64,000 nt of DNA from the human T2T-CHM13v2.0 reference genome, Homo sapiens (GCF_009914755.1 NC_060928.1), one strand, 5' to 3'; counted from the first letter of the stretch, positions 13,716 through 28,099 are shown. Notes: a model not told the origin generated them from the letters alone. A program made the numbers and translations.

Positions 13716-15530
13716 TTACTATTGCCACCTATGCCTTCATTTAGGATGGGCCTTAGGCAACTTGATCCATTGCTAAGCAAAACCCTGCACCATAACTTAA
13801 TGCCCTAGCCCACTTCTGGTTTATAAGAGAAGAACACAGAAGAGAGTTTGTTGACTAATTGTCTTAAATTTCTTATTATCCCTTCGCTTTCCAACACAAA
13901 TATTCTGTGCTCCACTATAGAAATTGCTCCAGATTACCAAAGAGAATAGTGGTATTGAAGCAATTTGGTCCTCATTTCATTTAAGATATTTCTTCACCCT
14001 GCACAGACTATGAATGTTGGTCATTACTTGGGTATCCTGCTAACCAAGACTCTACATCTTGAACTTACTATTGAACGTTGCCTTTTTACTGTTTACAGCA
14101 AATGCTTATTAACAAATGTAACCATTATTTTGAATCTGTGAGACTTAGAGGATGAAATACATATTTTTTGTTATTTTCTTATGACTACAACTTCATAGGT
14201 ACTTTTTGTCCGGCTGCTTCATCATCTCCTTGGAGGAATCAAGGGTAGACTGTGACTTTGGGTCATTTTCAGATATTAAAAGACCTTGAGTCACATTAAA
14301 TCTCAAATAGGTAAATATCTAAATGTTCAGTTCCATAAAACAATAATTTTAAAAATATTTTATTTGAAGTTTAACTTCTTCCTTCCTTTGGCTTTGGGAG
14401 TCTACAGACAGGAAAGGATGTTATAGTAGTTGGCTTCTTTATTCTTTAATCTCCTGGCACTTTCCTCACATCTCACTAGCTGTACCACTAACACCTCCAG
14501 AATTGAAAAGGGAGAGAAGCAGAAGTGTTATGTGTATATGAAGTATGCTTCCTAACAGGCACTTTTTATGAACTGGCTTCAGAGATCCCTGGGCTGGAGA
14601 GCTGTGAAAGCTGACTCTTGTTCTCATGCTAACTTTTATATGCTTTTTTTGAGACTGACTTTAATAACTATCACACACAGTTCTCTTGATTAAGAAGAAT
14701 GTATCACTTCTGGGTACTTTGAGTTCCTCACTTAGCACGTTGGTATTTGGGACTACTACTGGATCCCTTTCCATTGAGTGATGTTAAGTCCTGACAGAGT
14801 CCTCGAGGACATGACTTTAAAATAACTTCTGTTTCCAATGCTTGTGTTTCATATTTGATGCAGAGAAAATGAAGTCTTTGACTTGCCACCTGTAGGAATG
14901 TATAAATATTCAAATGCAGCCTTTCTGTCTAGTTGACATACTTTTCAGGAATGACTTTTCATCTTCACAGGGGTAAGGTTGAGGAATCCAGGGGTGGCAC
15001 ACTTGGCACACCAAAAACATTCTCAAAAATATATTTCTATAATACCCAACTGACCTTTTCAACCTTACCACTGTATGTTTTTAATATGAGTAAGTAACTG
15101 AGACCCATCCTTAAAAGGGTGGCTTGGCACCTTACTTTGAAATGTGGTTGAGTCTTCCAGTTTTAAGACTCAGAATACAATACCAATTAAACAATTACCT
15201 TTTATCATCTCATTAACCTAGCCAGGCTTTTGTCACAAATATTATGTCTTCTATCTCCTATATATCTTCTACTATCATTGAAAATTGACTGAGATACATA
15301 GTAGTCATACATATATATACATATATGTATATATATATATTTAAAAATTTTTTTTCAACAATAGAAACATTCCTCCTAAAACATAATTCAATAATACTTT
15401 ATATATATTTATTTTATCACAATCATTTTACTTTTATAGTAATTTATTTAATGTAATCTTTCTCTCTTATAATTCACTAGATTCTTTAGGATGCAGGTCA
15501 TGTAAAATATCTGCTTTCCTGTTATCCTTC

Positions 15531-15930
15531 TGTACTAGGGCATTTTTGCATTGCTACTGCTATAAAGAAATACCTGAGGCTGGGTAACTTATAAGATGAA
15601 AAATCTAATTGACCCATGGTTCTGCAGGCTGTAAAGGAAGCACAGCACCAGCATCTACTTCTGGGGAGGCCTCAGGAAGCTTACAATCATGGCAGAAGGC
15701 AAAAGGGGAGTAAGCATCTCACATGGCAGGAGTGGTAGCAAGGGGAAGGGGAGGTGCCACATACTTTTAAACACTCACATCTAGCAAGAACTCACTCACT
15801 ATCATGAGAACAGCACCAAGCCATGAGGGATCTGCCCCCATAACCCAATCACCTCCTACCAGGCCCCATCTCCAACATTGAGGGTTACATTTCAACATGA
15901 GACGTGGGGGGACAAATATCAAACCATACC
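15531..15930 (-). mobile_element. MSTA-like MaLR solo LTR
   Basis: ctataaagaaatacctgaggctgggtaa...ggaggcctcaggaagcttacaatcatggcagaagg...atcaaaccata. Confidence 0.92.
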
Positions 15931-17229
15931 GCATCACATTGTCTAACATGTCACAAATGTTTACTGAGAAATTTGAATGTTGAAGTCCTTTCATTTCTTG
16001 AAACGGTATATAACAAGATTATGTGCTTGCTATTGTGTTTCACTCAAAAATGTAATTATAGTTGAATATAGTGTAAGGTGGGCATTCAAAAAAAACTTGA
16101 ATGGAATTTAGTTAGTTATATTTGAGTAAAAGTTTCTTTCGAATTTTACTAATATTTTTATTCTTTTTATTTAAACAGATGATTACATTCTGACTATTCA
16201 TCATGCTCACTCTAGTGAGTCATCGAAGTTTATTAGAAAAAGAAATTATCTACTGCTTTATGTTGTTTCTATCCTAGAAAGGCAAGTTCTTTTCCTAAAG
16301 TAGATTGACAAGGGCTAAAGCAGAGTATCAATATTGGCAGTTCACTATCCTCTAGAGAGCTTGAGTCAGCAGACAAATATTCCCAAATGCACTCATTCTT
16401 ATTGCAGAAGAAATAAGCTGTAGGAGACTCTTGATTGCAAATAATTCTAGTTTACTGAAGAAAGACTTGGCCATTAGTGAGCATGTTTTATTGAAACCAT
16501 CATTATGTGGAAGAAGACATTCTGTTTTAAAAAGTTCCGCTCAGATGTTAATGTTTCCTAAAGACTTTTTAGAAGTCAAAACGAATCTAGAAAAAATAAT
16601 GAATTTCTGTTCATGATTTATAAAATTGTGTCTTTCTGAAGGACTTCAAAACATTAGTTTAATATTCTGCCTCAGATAGCTTCTAAAACAATTCTGTAGT
16701 TCTCAAATTATTTATTTCAAACTCAATTTCTTAAACAAGTAGTATTTATTACATTCCTTTTAAATAAAAACAAAAATTCCATTGAAATCTAGAGGCAATA
16801 AGATGAAATATAAAATAAAATATTTACCCTTGAGAACTCTCAATCATGGAAAAAATATGTAAATGCATAAAATAATTCTAGTGAAATTAAGTAGGTGATT
16901 AAGCACTTAATAGGAAAGTTACAGGTATAAAGAGAGATTCAATATGAAGTAGAATAGTAAACAAAGGAAGACTTTGATAACTATGTAAAAATTGAGCCAG
17001 AAAGATAAGAATAACTTTAGTAGAAAAATAAGAAGGGTGAGGTATATGTTGCATATAATCATAAAACAATATTTTAATTATCCAATATACACATTATATT
17101 TAAAGGAAAATTAATTTCTAGAGAGGTTGGATAGTTTATAACACAGGTAACTGGTAAAATTTTAACTTTTGGCAATGCAAAATTTGTTTAACTTTGTAGT
17201 TTAAAAAAATCTCACATGGTCTGTATCAC

Positions 17230-17855
17230 AGCACTTGTTCACAGCCTTTATTATCAGAATTCTAGCACCACCACCTTGCCTGTCATGGCAACAAGCCTCC
17301 TAAAGAAAACTGTTCCCCCACAGCCCTTGCTGCAGCTACAAGCCCCTAGGCTCTGAATGATATCCATTTTATGGTCTTCATTTATCCTACCTTCTCCCTA
17401 ATTACAATTTACGTGAGCATAGAAGGGCATCTGATCCAAGGGCAGCTAATACAAATTTATGACTTGCTTTTGCTGTGAAAAGCTGCAACTGGGGTTTTGG
17501 TTATTACTGAAACAATATTGTTTCTTCTTTTAAAAGATTTGTGAAGAGAATGGGCTAGTAAATACAAAGAAGTGAATTAAACAGAGAAGACTAGAAAACA
17601 TAGTTGAGTTGAAATTGCAGAGCATCTGATTGAATCCTTGTATATTTCTGTCACTTGGTCTCTGGACCTAACTTGGGTCATGGATGATGCTTCTTCATGA
17701 CCACAATCATGCATGTTTCACAACCAATGAAGTCTGCCTATGATGATTCCTATACTTGGATTTCCATGAATTTACAGTTCACTTACTTCCATGTGTGTAC
17801 ATACGCTGGCTTTATAACATCTCTTTGTTACAGTCAAAGGGTTTATTAAAGCATG
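17230..17855 (+). mobile_element. Very old ERVL-type LTR (LTR16/LTR33-like)
   Basis: agggcatctgatccaagggcagctaat motif and an LTR-like 3' end; highly diverged. Confidence 0.35.
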
Positions 17856-17859
17856 TACC

Positions 17860-18235
17860 AGAGGGCCTTGAGGGCCTTTCTATGTGGTTCTCCTTCTGCT
17901 TGAAATACTTTCTGCTTTCCTTATTTTACCTTAAACTTGGTAATATGTACTTATTTATCATTTAAGACTTAGTTCACATACACATTCCTGATGAAGCCTT
18001 TCTAACCACTCTAGAGATGCTTAATATACCCTCTTCCAGACTCCTATTACACCCTAGGTCATTTCTTTTCCATCGCATTTATCATCATCTATTTTATGAG
18101 CCGGTAATGTCTTTTTGCTGTAGAAAGTAAGCTTTTTGAGAACAATACGATATTAGAGTTATGTTTATATCTCTGGGGCTGATAGAACAGTATCTGGCTC
18201 ATTGTAGACACTTAAAAATTATTGGGTGAATAAAA
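17860..18235 (+). mobile_element. L2 3' fragment
   Basis: gaagccttttctaaccac...tagaaagtaagctttttgag...aacagtatctggctcattgtagacacttaaaaattattgggtgaat. Confidence 0.7.
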
Positions 18236-21200
18236 ATGGCAATGCCTTTAAGCATTTAAATATTTGAAAGCTAGGAAGTAAGTTATAAAACATGACAAAC
18301 ATTGTTTTGACACAGCTGGAGAGGTTACTTACCTTGATCTAGAGGAATTTGACCAACATAATGCAAAGAGTAATTAAAACCAACATAAATTAAAATTATT
18401 AAAATGATTCATCTTGTGAAGTTCATCACATGAGTATTGAGTTAAGGTGGGGGATAACATGAGTTGCTCAAATAACTAGAATAAATTCAGTAATATACAG
18501 TTAATGTGATGAAGAAGGTATTTTGAGTTATGTTTTGAAGAATAGAATGTGAACTAAGTTATCACCACAAGTTTACATTCTGCTAGAACTTATGAAAATA
18601 TAATGTATATTTATGACAGGAAAAGAATAGATAATAGATTCACTAGATTCTCCCAAATGATACATATATCTTTTGCTCATTTCTAAATGGTTCTAAAAAT
18701 CACATATTTCTGAACCACAGTCTTAAACTATTATATTTTTAAAAATCATATGAAAATATTAAGGCAGTTTAAACTGTTTCTGTGGCTGAAGTATCCATTT
18801 TATAAAGAGAAAGAAATTGTTTTAAACATTTTTTAAAAATCATATTTAATATCAAATGTATTCTTTATGACTACCTATAGTAGAGAATTGTGTGGTCTCT
18901 TGGTTTTTTTTTTTTAAACTTAAGAAACCAAAATACTGAATAGTGAGGTTAACATGTGCCTAAAATTCCTTAACTGCTCAGCCCCTTGCAATACTCTCAA
19001 AAGCCTTCTTCCTATAACCCTGTCTCATATTCCATTTCCATGCTTGCCAATCAGTTACAGTCTTTGGCCCCATGTCACTTTCATCCCATTGGATGACTGT
19101 CATGGGAGCTGCCCAATGGTGCGCTGCTAATGAGGCAGCTTAAAGAGCAGCTGGGGATGTGCAATTGCTGGATTAGGGTCAAGGCCAGGAGAGAAAATGG
19201 ATGAGAGAGATAGAGCCTGAATGACTGCCAGTAAGCAGGGGTTCTATTATCCTGCTGAAGCAGGACATTCATTACCATCTATTGTAACATAATTTGGGCT
19301 CAGTCAAGCTGTCTCTCCCTCTTTTTTGGATTTACAATTCATAAACCACAAATGGTCCAAAGGGTGTATTGTCCCTGTGGCCATGTAACCCTGGGCCAGG
19401 GGGAGGACTGGCAGAAATGAATGAGCTATGAAGTTCCTGGTGTGAACACCATCAGGGCTGACACCTTGTTTCTTGGAGTTGTGACATAAGTTGTAGGCAC
19501 AATGCTGACAAAGTTTTGCATCTCTCTGGAGCCAGGTTTGCTCATTAAGCAAAGATAAAATAAAAAGTCCTTGTTTATCCTTTGCAAAAATCAAATCCTA
19601 ATGCTAACAGCCGGTATTTCCATGCTAATTTCCTCTAGTCACTGATGAGATTACTGCACAGGAACAGAAGTGAAGTTTGTTTTTTCCACAAGCATACAAA
19701 TGCTTGCTTTTTTTAGATCAAGTTCTTCCAAGTCCCAGAAAATTATCTGTTCTATTTTTTAGTAGGTTTGTGGTATTTCAACACATGAAAAATGTAGAAA
19801 ATTGTCTCGTGTCTCTTTTATCGAAAAGCTTCCTTTGAAACAGGATAAATGTGTCTCTCCTTCCTCTTCCCTTCTCCTTGGGCCCTTACTGATCTTTTCA
19901 ATTATACTATTTATTATCTTTTGGATTCAGGGCCAAAACCCACCTGCCATCTGAACTAACGAGACCATAGTGTTATTGTCTCCGTGCTGCACTCAGTTAG
20001 GAAGGCAAATGAGTTTGGTGAAAAGCTAGCAAGCACAGAAGCTCGGAGAGAAAAGGATTCAAGGCACAGTGAAAATAGTTAATCACTGTAGTAAAGTAAG
20101 GAAAAGAGAACAGACGCATCATCTTTGCTTCAGCCCGATTGATGGAAAACTATGTAACTCAGTTTATGTAGCAGGTGGACCTTGCAGGGCAGCCTCACAC
20201 CCATACCAAAAGGCCAGCTCTACGAGTCACAGATGAAAGTACTGGAAGTACAACTGTAGTTTTTATAGACTTTATTAATATGACTTTAACACAGCTGAGT
20301 TTTAAATTATGCCTGCATTTTCTGAGGTTTGCATGATTCAATCCACATTGGCTTTCTTTTCTCAGGTACTTTTCTCAGGTACTAAAGTTTCCTTTAGTCA
20401 TATATATATGACTATCTCACATGCCCTACATGCCATCTTCACCTGATATAAATTTGTTACAATTTATCTTCCAATCATTTCCATTTATGCTTCACAGTAA
20501 GATTGTTTTATTATTAATCTGAGATTCCAGTGTTTTGACTTTCAATGCTCCACTAGCGTAAGTATTTCAAACTGCCCATACACACCATAGTAAATGATCT
20601 ATTCACAAAATCTGCCTTTAATTCTTGCAAGAAATCACTTTATACGTGTGTTTCCAAAATTCAAAATATACATTACCTTGTTTAACTCTTAGAAACAGAC
20701 AGAATGGCTTCTAAGGCACTTAAGTCATTTAATATTATGGCTTAACATATTATCACAATACCTAACAGTAAAAAAATACTGATCAACAATTTCTGCAAAC
20801 TCTTAACAAAGTCATCTTTACTGAATGCACAAAGGGCTAAAGACTGAAGTTTTTTGTGTTTGAAAATGTATTAAATGTATTAGTGTTCCTGGTAGTTTAA
20901 GATAGTTGATTAATTGTAGCAGTTTTCCTTTGCTTAAGATAATATGCTTGATCTGTGTATCATTGATCTAATAAAATGCCTATTTTTGATGCTACCACAA
21001 CCTATATTATGTTTTCATTATAAGGTGTTTACTCATGAATGTGTTAAGTATATCTTTTGAGGATGTGAACACTAGTTCCTTTACTCAAATTTGTGAAATT
21101 TAACCCTATGACATCTTGATTAATACACATGGCTATTAGTAATAATTTTTTTCTCTAATATATTTTAGAAATACAGTAGTACTTTTTTCAAAATTACAAA

Positions 21201-21849
21201 AATTGCTTTACTGAGTTGAAATTTTCCATTTTCAATTTATTCATGAAACAAATTCCTACTCTGATTCATGTTTGTTTTTGTAAGATATGCGTGATTTATG
21301 AATTAAAGGTTGAGGAAATAATGATATTCTTAGAAAATATTTGCTTAAAGTAATTGAATAGAAATAGGAAGGAAGGGAGGGAGGGAGAGAGATTCCTATA
21401 ATTTCTAAAGGATTTTGCCATTGGAACATTCTTTTGTTGAAGTGCAATGATTGGTAAGGAATGAGAAAATTTAAAGGTTGAATCTGGGTCTGGTCTTAAT
21501 TACCCAGCATGATGATGATGGGGAGGAGATCCTGGGTCTCTAGGAGTAAATTCAAAGGGAAGGACAAAGTTGCCAAAATTGCCAACCTTTCCTGGAGAAA
21601 AGGTTTAAAAATGAGGCTTTGATAAAAAGTAAGCAGAATATTTTAATATGATTCCCCCACAGGACCTTTAAAATCTTTATTAAAATTACTAAATCTATGA
21701 TATGCTTAGTAAATTTATAGACTCTGAGTGCAGTAACATGCCTTAAGACAGCACCTTTTAGATGTAACCAAACCAAAACACTTAATGCATGATTGGCTGC
21801 TGTCCACATGTTGTATGTTTGTCACAGACCATTATGTTTTGGTAATAAT

Positions 21850-22105
21850 AATAGTAGTAATAATAATGGTTCACATTATTTTTTATGGAAGAAGTATTAT
21901 GCTATGAGATTTCTCACATTTAATCTCCAGCACGTATCTCTTCTGTGAGGAAAGTATTTTCCTATTATTTTTCCAAAGAGAAAACTAAACTTTAAAGAGA
22001 GTTTAAGTGACTTGCCTTAAATCACCTACCCATTAAGTTGTGGAGCTGAAATTCAAATCCAGGCAGTCTGGCTCCACAACTCTTGCTCATAACCAACCAC
22101 TGAAC
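21850..22105 (-). mobile_element. MIR
   Basis: ttaagtgacttgcc...gagctgaaattcaaatccaggcagtctggctcc. Confidence 0.8.
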
Positions 22106-23769
22106 TAGACTAGTAGGGAAGGGAATGTTAATGTGCTCCACTAAGCATTGCATTTCTGCCAGGGAATGACTTTAATCCCAAGAGAGAATTGGTCTTTTGG
22201 AATGATGCCATAAGGGATAAAGAACAAATAGAAACTTTCAAATAAAAAGAACAATGACTACAAATAAAAGCATGTGTTAACATTATAATTCTTTCATCAA
22301 ATATGTTTACCCACTTAGCTTCTAGGAGAGTGACAGTACTACTTTATGGAGTCCTGAAAAATTAGCACACTTACTAATTTAGCATATGTTTAAACCAATC
22401 TAATCCCATTTTCCATCCCTTTTACTCACCGATTTCCAGTGGATTATCAGGAAATACATACATACAAAGACAAATTATTTTTCTGTACATTCTGGAATCT
22501 TCTAGAAATTCATGGTAAGATTTTTCCAGCCTGTAATTGGCTACATATCAAATATCTCTTCATATCAAACTTACTTACATCCAAATACAGGTACGAATCA
22601 AATATTGTTTCTTAAAATCATAATTTAGTGTTATGGTTTAGATGATATTTAATGGATCAGGAACAAAAAAGTGTGCATACACATGTACTTTTATCTCTAT
22701 CACCATTCCACTTCCCTTAACTATGCATGCAATGATCTTTTTTTTGTAGGTAAATGCAAAAGTTTTTATTTTTAAGATACTTATAAATAATTGGAAAAAG
22801 CCATTAACCCCCAATAGCTTAGAAAACATACCTTTTATTTCTGTTAGTGAAAAAAAATTGTGTTATTTTAACAGCTATGTTTCTTCTTAGCTCATTATAA
22901 TATATTCCTGGAATTTTTCAGAATACATTTCATATCTGCAAGTCCCTAAAAAGCCTTCACAAATGGTGACATTAGTGGCACTGGTAATCCGAGCTGGAAT
23001 GGAGAATGTAACTGACAAGTGCTATGTAAATCAGCTTCGATATTGTTCTGTGGCTTTTATCTGTTCACTGTGAATTGGGTTCATTGTTGCAAGAGCTCAT
23101 CCTGGCCAGATAAAAACTACAATCAAGTTGCAGACCAAAACAAATGGCACTCACAGGAGTGCCAAAATGGGAATTGTGGAGACTTCCACAGATTGCCTAC
23201 TTGTGCAAGTCCAAAATTTGCAGTCACATCTTTGATGGCATGTACATGTTTAGTTTGATAAATCCTAGGTCTATACTGCAATCCAGCATCCTCCTGAAAT
23301 AACAGGCACTCAGCAAGTTAATGCTAACATCCTCTGGTTGGCTTGATTCACCGAATTATTTCCTTACTGGTTCACAGTGTTTGGCTCCAATAGCTTATTG
23401 TTTCCCTCTTGTTCTCGAAAAGTTTCTCAGGGGTAAGAATGTGGAAAGATCATCAAAATCCTTAAGAGAAAAGCATCTTGAACAAAAAGCTAAAAGAATG
23501 TATAACATCTATTTCCTGAACCATCGTATCACAAAGCTCATTTTTTTTTTTAAGCAATGGAATGAACATGTTCCTTAGGGATTAAGCTATCTGCTTTTTC
23601 ATAAAATATGTAAATAGTTATGTGTATATAAATATATATATAGCTGCAATTATTCTCTGTCAATAATAATCTCAACTCTGAAGAAAAATTTAAAATAGTA
23701 TTTCTTTCTGAATTTGTGTATGATGTTTTGTATTTATACATTGAATACTAATAAAATAGCTTACTGGCA

Positions 23770-23955
23770 TTTATTCGACAATTATTTAGATATAGAGAAA
23801 GATTAAAATGGATATTCCTAAAGAAGAAATACCATTATTTCTATTTTTATATGAGTGAAACAAGACTTAAAGAATTAGAAAAATTGCTAAAGCCTCACAA
23901 TGACCTAAGATCTAGCTGTCTGAGTCTAAAGCTTGTGTTCTTCTCCACCATGCTA
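23770..23955 (-). mobile_element. MIR fragment
   Basis: atttttatatgagtgaaac...gtctgagtctaaagcttgtgttcttctccaccatgct. Confidence 0.55.
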
Positions 23956-24299
23956 AAGTGACACAGAATGTATACAAGTCTGGTTGACTGAGGAATTTTA
24001 TTCAAATTAGAACAGTCAGGAAAATAGTGAATAAAAAAGCAATTACACCATTTGTTTTACTTAACGGATTGCTTACATGGAATTAGCCAATAAATTAAGA
24101 CCTAACAGTCAGTCTTATAGCTCCATGTACTGACAAAACAAATTATTTCTTCTTCAGAATTTGGTTAAGGTAAGGAGGAAATGCCAAGCAAAACAAAACA
24201 AAAAGTGAGAATATGTCAGCATTTATAATTTTCATTGTTGTTTTGGATCTTGGTCTTCATCTGAGATGATTCATTAATTCAAAATGGGGATGATATTTC

Positions 24300-24640
24300 T
24301 GAATGAACTCATTAAGAAATATTTGTTGAGCCCCTATTGTGTGGTCAGCATCAGATTAAAATATAGAAATATTAAGACATGAAGATATGACAACAGCTTT
24401 AACTTCTAAGTGGGTAGTATGAAGGGGGCTTTGAAAAATAGGTGAAAGAGTTTAGGAATTATAAGGTAGAAAATACAGACAGTCTAGTCAGACTGTAATT
24501 GTCTTAACAAGCTGAATTCTGTCAACTATAACAGGTAAATTTCAAGGGTGAAGCATGCAATGCCGAGCAAGTTGCTGTGATGCTATTGCTGTAATTTGAA
24601 TGTGAGGTAGTAAAGGGCCTGGCATAGAATAGTGATAGTG
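24300..24640 (-). mobile_element. L2 fragment
   Basis: cattaagaaatatttgttgagcccctattgtgtg (reverse of L2 3' end). Confidence 0.55.
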
Positions 24641-25639
24641 CTATTGTTCTTGTTTGATTCCTTATTCTGTTATTTAGTTTTATTTTATTGTGCTTTTTAA
24701 AAATGTTAGGCTTTTTCTATTTCTACTCTTACTTTGTTATTTAATACAGTTGTAGAAAGCAAAACAGGACATTTGATTGTAAATTACTCAATCTAATTCT
24801 AATCGAAGCTTTGGTACTAATTTGTATAACTTGAGAAGAAACATTGTATGTTCTCTGAGTCAGGTTTCTTGGCTTTCCAATGAAGTTGTAGAAATTCCTT
24901 ACATGCTGCAAAGGGTCTTCAGACATATCGAATAAAATTATTAAATTAATTCCTGTATTTACCATCTTGCTCTTCTAACACCGGCAAGAAAATACCTCTA
25001 CTTTTCATTATTTGCCAGTTATTGATTATTGTTTATTTGTTAAAGATTTGCTTGGCAATTCACAAAGTGCTTTTACATGCAGTTCTCTTCAAAACCCTCG
25101 CAAGCACACCGTGGTGAAGACATATTTCCTCCATTTTCTAGAAGAATCTTAATTTTCTTGTCTGTTAGCATTTGCTGCTGCCTCACTAGTTTTTAAGAAT
25201 GTGGAGTAAATTTGTCATGCTTGTGACATATGTAGTCCAGAGCTCAAGGAACCATGCAGACTTATAAAGCAGTTAATGAGTAAAATATATATATGATACA
25301 GTTTCCAAGAACAGATTGAACCAGAAAAAAAGGAAGTACTAGATATACAGGATAATTAACACAAGAATACTTAAGTAATTGCCCCCCCAAAAAAACATTT
25401 GTCTTTGACCTCTTTCTTTTCTCACTGCACTATACTCAACCACTTTTTGCTGGTATTATCCTAAATGCCCTCTATACCCACATATTCTTTTATACCATTC
25501 CCAGAACTACAACTCAAATTAAGACTTGGACCTATTACCATAGTCATATTATTCACCTTATAAGTTTCAATGTATTTTCATTAAGAACAGAGTTCAAACT
25601 CCTAATGAAATTTAAGCACCTCCACAGTCAGATCTCAGG

Positions 25640-25845
25640 ATTGTGTTCTGTGGAGTCATGAAGACAATGGGCAGGTAGAAGAACTCACTATGCACATCTC
25701 TTCCTCCATGTGCGATGATATCATGTTGGTAGCTTGAAATCTGCCATGATAGGAGTATTTATATCAATAAATTCATCAAGCATTACAAATCAGGTTTTCA
25801 TTTACCAGGGACCCCGTCATTAAACATCCATCTGCATTGCACTGT
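25640..25845 (+). mobile_element. MER63-like hAT DNA transposon
   Basis: catgttggtagcttgaaatctgccatgataggagtatttat...acaaatcagg. Confidence 0.75.
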
Positions 25846-28099
25846 CTCTGTTCCAAATCACACTATTACTATATTTCTTTATATGCATATGATACTTTCT
25901 AAGGTTGTCCTAAGCATGGCCTCTTACATCATCCTGTAATAGTGATGTAATTCCAGTCCTTTTAACTAGGTTAAAAAAATCATGATGCTTAATGATATGA
26001 CAATATATTTTATAGATTTTTTCTGTTCTTGAGTTTTATTGAGGAGCATGTCTCAAACCTCTAATAAAAGTGAGAACTGTTTTTCTCAGGCTTGATTGTA
26101 ATGCCATCTCCTCCCAATACATGCCTTGTTTTTCACAGCTGAAAAATAATGCCACTGTCCTCTGTGCTCTGATAAGGTTTTATTTACATATATTTGCTTT
26201 ATAAAAACATCTCACATAGCATACATTTTATGAGGGCAAAGTTTGCATCTTGTTCCTATTTACCCCTGCATTGTTTCATTTAATATGTGGCAAACAAAAG
26301 GGGCTTAATAAATCATGTTACATAGGTAAAAGCATTGAACGTTTAGCCTCATATTTCCCTAGTTCTTCCGTTTTTTCCATTAAATATGCTAACTTTTATT
26401 AAAGAGGTATTCAAAAGGCCTTTGAAAGAGAAATAAAAATATGTTCCACTTATTGTCACTTCATGATTAAATATAAGTATATTAAATGCCAAATGAGTCA
26501 TAGGCCTTGTGTTAGAATGACACTTAGGAAGGCATTGGACTGAGAACAAAATGCTAAAAAAGCTATTGAATTTCGTTATTTTTTCTAAAGAAAATAACAC
26601 AAACCAACAAAATTTTTAGGCAAGTGCCTTTAAATGTCAATAGGAGAGAAAACACCACTTGGAAAAACATGTTCTGTAGGAATATTTACTTAAATGTTAT
26701 TTTTGTGGGGGGAGGAATTTGCATGATAAAATTTCTTTATTAACAGCATACTGGGCCTCAATTTCTTGGTTTGAAACAGAGCCAAATGATCCCAATACTA
26801 TTTTCCTCTTGTTTTGTTTTCTTACTAACATAAATGTAGACTACTTTAGAATTTGATGAGAAAGTCTATTCCTGCCACACACACTTAAACACATTTCCTC
26901 AGATTTGGGACGCTACCTGAGTCAGCTCAGATCAGCAGTTGTAAAGTCACAAAATATTTATCCTCATTCATTATTTCCTTCTGCAAGAAAATTTTGTCAC
27001 TTCCAACATCTTAATTTCCTTAAAAGATTCCATAAACATTTTCAATCAGCGGCCAATTGAGAAAACGGATTCAGTGGGCAGAAAAGCAAGTGTCACCGAC
27101 TTCCCATTTGAAAACAGCTGGTTATTTTATTTCAAATGATCTTTGTTATTTCCAATGTTAAATAGTCTGCCAGGGGTACAATGGGCAAGGCTTTGATGTT
27201 TCCCTGTTTTGTCCTGTTCCCTGACCACATATTATCCTTAACTTCCATAAGTTATATACATTACACAGGCTCTTCATGACAAAGAAAATTAAGAGGGAGA
27301 TTCTTAGCTGGATCAGCACCAAAACCCCCACAAAACTGAAAGCTGAAAAGAAAAAAGTAGTCTGAAATGTATGCATATCATACAATTGTGTTTTGTAACA
27401 CTATCCTTGCATGTGAAGGGCAGTAGTGTCAACACTTATGATTTTTCATAATTGACATGAATAGACCAAAAATATCCTGTGGGTTGCTTTTAGGAGAAGG
27501 GGAAGTAGATTTTTAAATTTGGACCAAAACTGTTGATGATATTTGGTTGATGTAATTGCAGAAGAAAAGAAATTCTAGACACCTGCTCTTTTACTGAAAG
27601 GAACAGTCTCCTTAATACAGTCCCAGATTATAAGAGTCACCAGATATTACCTGAATGTTGTGGAAAATCATCCTGGGAAAAGTTCATTTCCCTACAACAA
27701 TGCAAAGCAGAAAATAATCTGTAGAATTACACAGAGAGAATAGTTTAGGTAATTTATATTCTGCATTCTGTTCCATAGTTTGATGCTGATCATTCCAAGT
27801 AGATTATTTAGCTTAAATATAAATATACATAAGAAATTATATGTGTGTGTGTATATATATATATACTTTGTATATGAGAATATATGACCAATAGGAAGAA
27901 GCAATTCTATAAATTAAGAGTACCAACATGTTATCCATTAATAGGATGTATAATACTCTGAAAGTAATTATTATAGCAACTATAAAATCAATGATAATAG
28001 CAGTAGCTAAATTTTTTGAAGACCTTTATATCAGGCATTTTCTATACATTATTACAATTACAATTAATACATGTAAACATGTAAAGATGTAATGTTTCT

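Noticed and set aside
14380-14900. Possible very old LTR; similar unclear segments at ~12000-12250, ~36090-36700 and ~44560-44790
   Set aside because: Too diverged to assign by eye; needs a Dfam search.
18325-18485. Strong minus-strand splice donors (also ~11735 and ~22426) and + strand sites at 16178 and 34698
   Set aside because: Could not be chained into a coherent coding model, and isolated splice-like motifs are expected by chance.
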